Source of the DNA: Octopus vulgaris
Taxonomy: Eukaryota
Assembly (NCBI GenBank): GCA_951406725.2
Contig: OX597816.1
Coordinates: 51,646,001 to 51,710,000, forward strand
Reading direction: 5' to 3'
DNA length: 64,000 nucleotides
Shown: positions 57,843 through 64,000 of the stretch, in pieces
Layout: every line of letters begins with the position of its first letter
Numbering within the stretch: position 1 is the stretch's first letter
Position numbers and translations under genes: made by a program
The notes under the pieces: model-generated
What the model was told of the DNA's origin: nothing
Databases searched by the model: none
The model's input: the letters and a program-made list of their open reading frames with translations, nothing else

Positions 57843-58150
57843 GTGCAGGTGTGGCTGTGAGGTAACAAACTTGGTTCCAAAACACATGGTCCTCAGTTCA
57901 GACCCACTGTGTGGTAACTTGGCACGTGTCTTCTGCTATAGCCTCAGACCAACCAAAGCATTGTAGGTGGATTTTGTAGACAGAAACTGAAAGAAATCAA
58001 TTGTATACATATGTATGTATATATGTAATTCTATGTATGTGTATTGGTGTTTCTCCTTCATCACTGCTTCACAACTGGTGTTCGTTTTTTTACATCCCCA
58101 TAACTTACTGCTTTCACAAGAAGAAACTGATAGAATAAGTACCAGGCTTA
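57843..58150 (+). mobile_element. Diverged SINE family A
   Basis: gcaggtgtggctgtgaggtaa..cacatggtcctcagttcagacccactgtgtgg..gtgtcttctgctatagcc..gtggattttgtagacagaaactgaaagaa. Confidence 0.75.
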
Positions 58151-58282
58151 TCAAAATGTAAAAACGCACTACGCAGTGTCCCATATTTTTGATTGCCCAC
58201 TCAGATGCATCGATAAATTTATCTTTGTGTGTGTATCTGTGTGTGTGAGTGTGTGTGTGTGTGTGCGTGTGTGTATACATGC

Positions 58283-58359
<77 letters not shown>

Positions 58360-58431
58360 TATGGATTTCATAGACAGGAACTGAAACAAATCGATCGTAT
58401 ATATATGTATGTACATATGTAAGTGTATGTG

Positions 58432-59421
58432 TTTTAGTATTGGCAACATGAATGACAATGGTCAGAGACAACTTGAAGTTTGCACATACCATAACCTGTG
58501 CATCACCAACACATTCTTTGCCAACAAGACATCCCACAAGGCATCTTGGAAACATCCAAGATCTCACAACCGGCATCAGCTGGATCTCATCATTACACGA
58601 AGATCCTTTCTGAATTCAGCTCAACTGACCCGTAGTTACCACAGCATGGATTGTGACACAGATCATTCACTAATAAGGAGTAGGATGAGGATTCTGCCTA
58701 AAGAAAGTCCATCAGTCCAAGAAAATGGGCCGACCACTCACTAACAGTGCCAGAACCTCGGACCCTACACTGCGACAATGTTTTGTTGTTTCTATCAAGG
58801 TTGCCTTCAGTAGCTGCCCAACCTCCTCTGCTGAATGTCGGTCGAATTATATCAGAGAAGCTTTGTATACCACATCAATATATAGTTTCGGCATGAGAGA
58901 AAGGCAAAACCGAGATTGGTTCAGTGCTCGGCTCTCAGAGCTGGAAAAATTATTGAAGCAAAACGTGCAGTCTGATGCAATAAAAGAGTGATTGTTCTAC
59001 AAAGTCACTCGAAGAACTCAGAAAGGCAAGAAATAAAACCCAACTGACTGCCAGACGCTGTGAAAATAGGTATTGGCAGGAAATCTATCAGAGTATCCTG
59101 TCAGCTGCTGACAGTGGCGATACCCGTGGGATGTATGCCGGTTTGAAGAAGGCCCTCGCTCCATCCGCAACCAAGTCAGCCACTCTGAAATCATCTACTG
59201 GAGATCTCATCAAGGACCAAAGCAAGCAAGTGGATAGATGAGTGGAGTACTACCAGGATCTCTACTCACGGGAGACGATGGTAGCTGAGGTTGCAATCGA
59301 GGGTGTCAAGATCTTGCCAGTCATGTGCGAACTTGACAGTCTGCCATTTATAGCAGAGCTCACCAAGGCTATTTACTCCCTAGCAAGTAACAAGGCTCCG
59401 GGAAAAGACGGCATCCCCACG
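58432..59421 (+). mobile_element. RTE-clade LINE fragment (APE endonuclease C-terminus to pre-RT region), disrupted
   Basis: GNMNDNGQR..LCITNTFF..SWKHPRSHNRHQLDLIITRR..TRSYHSMDCDTDHSLI; later [17 protein letters not shown]; stops and frameshifts. Confidence 0.85.
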
Positions 59422-59505
59422 TAATCCCACGATTACAATTTTGTTTGGGTGTGTAAAAAGGGAAATAACCCTCATCTGCAATTCTATATCCTGTTAAATA
59501 TAGAA

Positions 59506-59648
<143 letters not shown>

Positions 59649-59659
59649 GTATATATGTA

Positions 59660-59750
<91 letters not shown>

Positions 59751-59848
59751 TGATAAAACGGTAAGATAACAAAAGAAAGAAAGAGACCTCAATATTATGT
59801 AAATAGAGGAAATTTATCTATACAATATGTTACATTACTCGGTAGTCA

Positions 59849-59911
59849 AGATAAAACTCTGAGTTTCAGATGCCGAAGTGGAAATCCACAACACCATCTC
59901 TTCGGTTATCT
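59849..59911 (-). ncRNA. Type I hammerhead ribozyme motif in the PLE 3' region (left arm)
   Basis: Reverse complement of 61854-61916. Confidence 0.6.
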
Positions 59912-61853
59912 GGCTATTTGAAAACGTTATGAAAAAATACCGTTAAATAATGGGAAATTACTCTGTTATAACTCTGCTTGCCTGCGTACTTATACATCGC
60001 TCGCATTTTTCGTCATAAAAATTATATAAAAATACATAAAAAATATATAAAAAATATATAAAAATATATAAATTCTTCTTGGGACATAACATAGAAAGCA
60101 TGTTCTATCTGTTTTCTTTAGGGGACCAAAAACGTAACAGAAACTTAGTCACATGTGGGCATGATCCGAAAAGCTCTGTCCTTGTATTTAGACATGTAGT
60201 AGACATCTAAGCTGCTTTTCCAGATAAGCCATCTCTCCATGTCGCATAGACCGCACCTTCCGCTGCCGTTAGTATAGGGCTTACATCTGGCCAAAATCTT
60301 CCATTGTATGTTATAATCGACACCTTTATCTCTAAAAGACCAAATATGATTAGACAATTGTGTCGCTTTTCTTTTGTTCCAGTGCCTAAAGCTCAAAGTG
60401 TGGTTATTGAACCTGGCCTTGAAATTACCCTCTGTAAGGCCCACGTATTTCTTCGTCGAAACGGTATCTTTAGTGGTTATAGAGTTTACGGTAGCTTTAT
60501 ATATGATGGTCTTGGACATGCAAGCTCCATTTAGCGGGCACAATTCTTTATTCCTGCATGAACAGCTGTTTTCTTCTTGTGTTTTTTGTATGTTATGTTT
60601 GATTATGTTTTTAAAATTGGTAGTTGAACTAAAACTAATTTTTAAATTGTGTCTATTGAAGAGTTTCCTATAAGTATGGTTAACTGGAAAATGTCTATCT
60701 ATCAGTGCTAGGAAATATTTACCTATATTGAAGGCCACCTCGGGTGAGTAAGGGGGCGTAAACCAGATGACCTTCCTATTTCTAATATTCCTTTTCTTTA
60801 CTGTTGGGCTAGTGATAGGTGTATATTTTATTTTATCGCTAAAACCACTATCTTTTAAAGCCTTATTATAAACTGGGGCAACGCTATTGATGATGTCCTC
60901 ATCAGATGAGAGGCTAGAAATCCTCTTACTAATATTTTTAACTAAATTTTTGAATACTATAGGGGGATGGCATGAACCTACATTAATATAACTTAGTCTA
61001 TCATTGGGCTTCCTATAAGGCTTATAAATATTCTTATTAAGATCTAAGGAAACGTCTAAGAATTGACAACCGTCAAGTTAGTATCTATAGTTATACTAAG
61101 TCCGAAGTGCTTTATTAACTGGATAATATCCTTCCTAAAACGATCTTGTGCTGGTCCATTTGTATTAGCTGTTAAGGCGAGGGCATCATCTTTGTAGATG
61201 GCGAAATGTACGTTAGGGAATGTCTTACCTAAGGTATCTAGGAGAAAAAGTCCAAGACCATCATATATGAAGCTACCGTAAACTCTATAACCACTAACGA
61301 CACCGTTTCGACGAAGAAATACGTGGGCCTTACAGAGGGTAATTTCAAGGATGGTTCAATAACCACACTTTGAGCTTTAGGCACTGGAACAAAAGAAAAG
61401 CGACACAATTGTCTAATCATATTTGGTCTTTAAGAGATAAAGGTGTCGATTATAACATACAATGGAAGATTTTGGCCAGATGTAAGCCCTATACTAACGG
61501 CAGCGGAAGGTGCGGTCTATGCGACATGGAGAGATGGCTTATCTGGAAAAGCAGCTTAGACCCTACTACTTGTCTAAATACAAGGACAGAGCTTTTCGGA
61601 TCATGCCCACATGTGACTAAGTTTCTGTTACGTTTTTGGTCCCCTAAAGAAAACAGATAGAACATGCTTTCTATGTTATGTCCCAAGAAGAATTTATATA
61701 TTTTTATATATTTTTTATATATTTTTTATGTATTTTTATATAATTTTTATGACGAAAAATGCGAGCGATGTATAAGTACGCAGGCAAGCAGAGTTGTAAC
61801 AGAGTAATTTCCCTTTATTTAACGGTATTTTTTCATAACGTTTTCAAATAGCC

Positions 61854-61916
61854 AGATAACCGAAGAGATGGTGTTGTGGATTTCCACTTCGGCATCTGAA
61901 ACTCAGAGTTTTATCT
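61854..61916 (+). ncRNA. Type I hammerhead ribozyme motif in the PLE 3' region (right arm), U4C core variant
   Basis: AGATAA-CCGAAGA-GATG..gtgga-tt-tccac..CATC-t-GAAA-CTC-a-GAG-TT-TTATCT; stems I, II and III all pair. Confidence 0.6.
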
Positions 61917-61938
61917 TGACTACCGAGTAATGTAACAT

Positions 61939-62123
<185 letters not shown>

Positions 62124-62140
62124 ATACATGTATATGCACG

Positions 62141-62232
62141 TGGTGGCGCAATGGCTCAGTGGTTAGGGCAGCAGACTCGCGGTCGTAGGTTCGCGGTTTC
62201 GATTCCCAGACCGGGCTTTATGAGTGTTTATT
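62141..62232 (+). mobile_element. SINE family C head only
   Basis: ggcgcaatggctcagtggttagggcagcagactcgcggtcgtaggttcgcggtttcgattcccagaccgggc matches 52939-53015. Confidence 0.75.
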
Positions 62233-62535
62233 GCAAAAGAAATTACTGGATAATTCCAGATCCCGGATTTCATGAAGGCAAAGTATTTTTTATACAAAGC
62301 CAGAAATCCGTGATCTGGAATTTTTTTTTCTAGTTAATTTTATTCTCTGTTTTTCTCTTGGTGCTTTATGAACATTTAATGTGGCTTTAGAATCAAGTTT
62401 TGACTGTTGTTTCCAGCGTGGAGGTATCTCTTATTAGATACCCTAAATTATAATTTTAAATAATTATTACCTTTGAAAAGTTTTATTCCCATTCTGGCCA
62501 CCCGATAAGAGTTATATTTTAAATATCGAACTTAT

Positions 62536-62597
<62 letters not shown>

Positions 62598-62599
<2 letters not shown>

Positions 62600-62974
62600 T
62601 TATCAGTAATAATAAAGGGTGAAATTAATTAATTTGGAATAATTATCAATTACACCAAGTAGATTTCGGCATGTAAAAGCCCCATTCGAGGAAAATTTAA
62701 GTAATACTAAGTAATTAAGGGTTTAGCAACGAATTGCCTCACCAACACACCGAATTTAGAAATAGCAGTCAAAGAGATATAGCTATTCCTTCTACTAAAA
62801 GGGGGATCTCAGTAAAAACACAGCACCTGTCTGTGTTTGCCTTTCAAGTGCTGTGTTTATACTGAGATCCCCCTTTTAGTAGAAGGAATACTATATCTCT
62901 TTGACTCTATTTCTAAATTCGGTGTGTTGGTGAGGCAATTCGTTGCTAAACCCTTAATTACTTAGTATTACTTA
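62598..62974. repeat. Near-perfect ~128-bp-arm hairpin (62698-62826 / 62848-62974) between (TA)n tracts
   Basis: taagtaatactaagtaattaagggtttagcaacg...cacagcac, 21-nt loop, gtgctgtg...cgttgctaaacccttaattacttagtattactta. Confidence 0.9.
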
Positions 62975-62998
62975 TATATATATATATATATATATATA

Positions 62999-63548
62999 AT
63001 AGAAATATTAAAATTACTAAGTCTCTCTAAAGGAGATTACGGCAGCATTACTGGATATTAATAGTTATCGCCATACTAATATGGCAGTCCATAAATATAA
63101 GACTAAAGCTGTCGCTGATTAGCTCCAAGAGGCCATCGCCTCTAGCTAGCTATACGACACACGAACCTGCGTCCATTACAACCTTCGAACAGGGGTGGTC
63201 AGCCGATTCACCTTGCTAGTCAGACATCTGCAGACATGTTTCAGGGTTGTTGCCCTTTATCAATGCAGCGTAGTCAAACCCAGCAGGTGTCGCTACTGAC
63301 CGTCTGTTCGAAGATTTTATTTACCTAGTTACAGTGGAATACATCCACTTGTTTTCAATTATAGAAATATTAAAATTACTAAGTCTCTCTAAAGGAGATT
63401 ACGGCAGCGTTACTGGATATTAACAGTTATCGCCATACTAATATGGCAGTCCATAAATATAAGACTAAAGCTGTCGCTGATTAACTCCAAGGGGCCATCG
63501 CCTCTAGCTAGCTATATGACACACGAACCTGCGTCCATTACAGCCTTC
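62999..63548 (-). mobile_element. Non-coding ~362-nt partial tandem repeat (1.5-mer) containing a hammerhead: non-LTR retrozyme-like element or PLE pseudo-LTR
   Basis: 62999-63186 repeats at 63361-63548 with only a few substitutions; hammerhead at 63228-63268; no ORF. Confidence 0.75.
63228..63268 (-). ncRNA. Minimal type I hammerhead ribozyme (U3-A8 compensatory core, GUC cleavage site)
   Basis: CTGCA-TTGATAA-AGGG-caacaa-CCCT-GAAA-CATG-TC-TGCAG: perfect stems I and II, palindromic stem III (ACATGT). Confidence 0.75.
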
Positions 63549-64000
63549 TACTACTACTTAAAATGATATAAGCATCGTTTTCAGTCGACAGTGGTGGTGT
63601 ATATTTGCAGTTATTAGCACTACGTCAGAGACGGAATTGACAGTGTGTGTAGTTCTTATCGTGCGTTTGCTTTATTCGGGTAAACGTAGAACGAATACAA
63701 AACAATAACAACATCTAAACAAAAATTGTTTTAGCAGTAAAAAAATGCAAAAAGACAAGCTACTTCTCTTAATGTTAAACAATATAATATTTTTGGGTAA
63801 GAAAGTAAAATTGATCATACTTAGATTTTTTGAAACAAGAAACTAATCTGAGATAATTGCGATAAAAAAGAGAAAAAAAAATATAATGTATATTTAGTCT
63901 GAAATTAGCAATATCACATCTTGCTTTTTAGTTCCAGTAAATTTCACTCTATAATCCTTATATAAATTATACCTCGAAAATATAAAGAAAAGTTGATATC

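Noticed and set aside
62252-62322. Short hairpin aattccagatcccggatttc / gaaatccgtgatctggaatt as a miRNA or terminator
   Set aside because: Only a ~20-bp imperfect stem with a large loop; more likely a small repeat remnant

Overview
AT-rich eukaryotic genomic DNA saturated with microsatellites. The tRNA-derived SINE families and repeat landscape look like Octopus or another coleoid cephalopod (my inference from recognising the repeats). There is one clear protein-coding gene: the last two coding exons (29448-29983 and 22159-22793, minus strand, GT-AG, matching phase) of a cation-type nicotinic acetylcholine receptor subunit of the alpha9/alpha10-like group. Its loop C has lost the vicinal cysteines (YPIGDAVY). 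I could not find its upstream exons in the window. About 4 kb past its stop codon, on the opposite strand, is an apparently heavily decayed intronless Cys-loop receptor/AChBP-like relic (17566-17934). The rest is mobile DNA: three or more SINE families (several with target-site duplications), two R4/Dong-like LINE fragments in (TAA)n, RTE, CR1-like and L1/Tx1-like LINE ends, a Tc1/mariner relic, MITE-like foldbacks, and several Penelope-like elements (PLEs) in (TA)n with inverted ends. The most striking non-coding signal is a set of minimal type I hammerhead ribozyme motifs, some with a compensatory U3-A8 core. One sits in a non-coding ~362-nt partial tandem repeat (62999-63548) that resembles a non-LTR retrozyme, a possible circular RNA precursor. 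Most ORFs in the supplied track are microsatellite artefacts. All calls were made by eye, with no alignment or database search.
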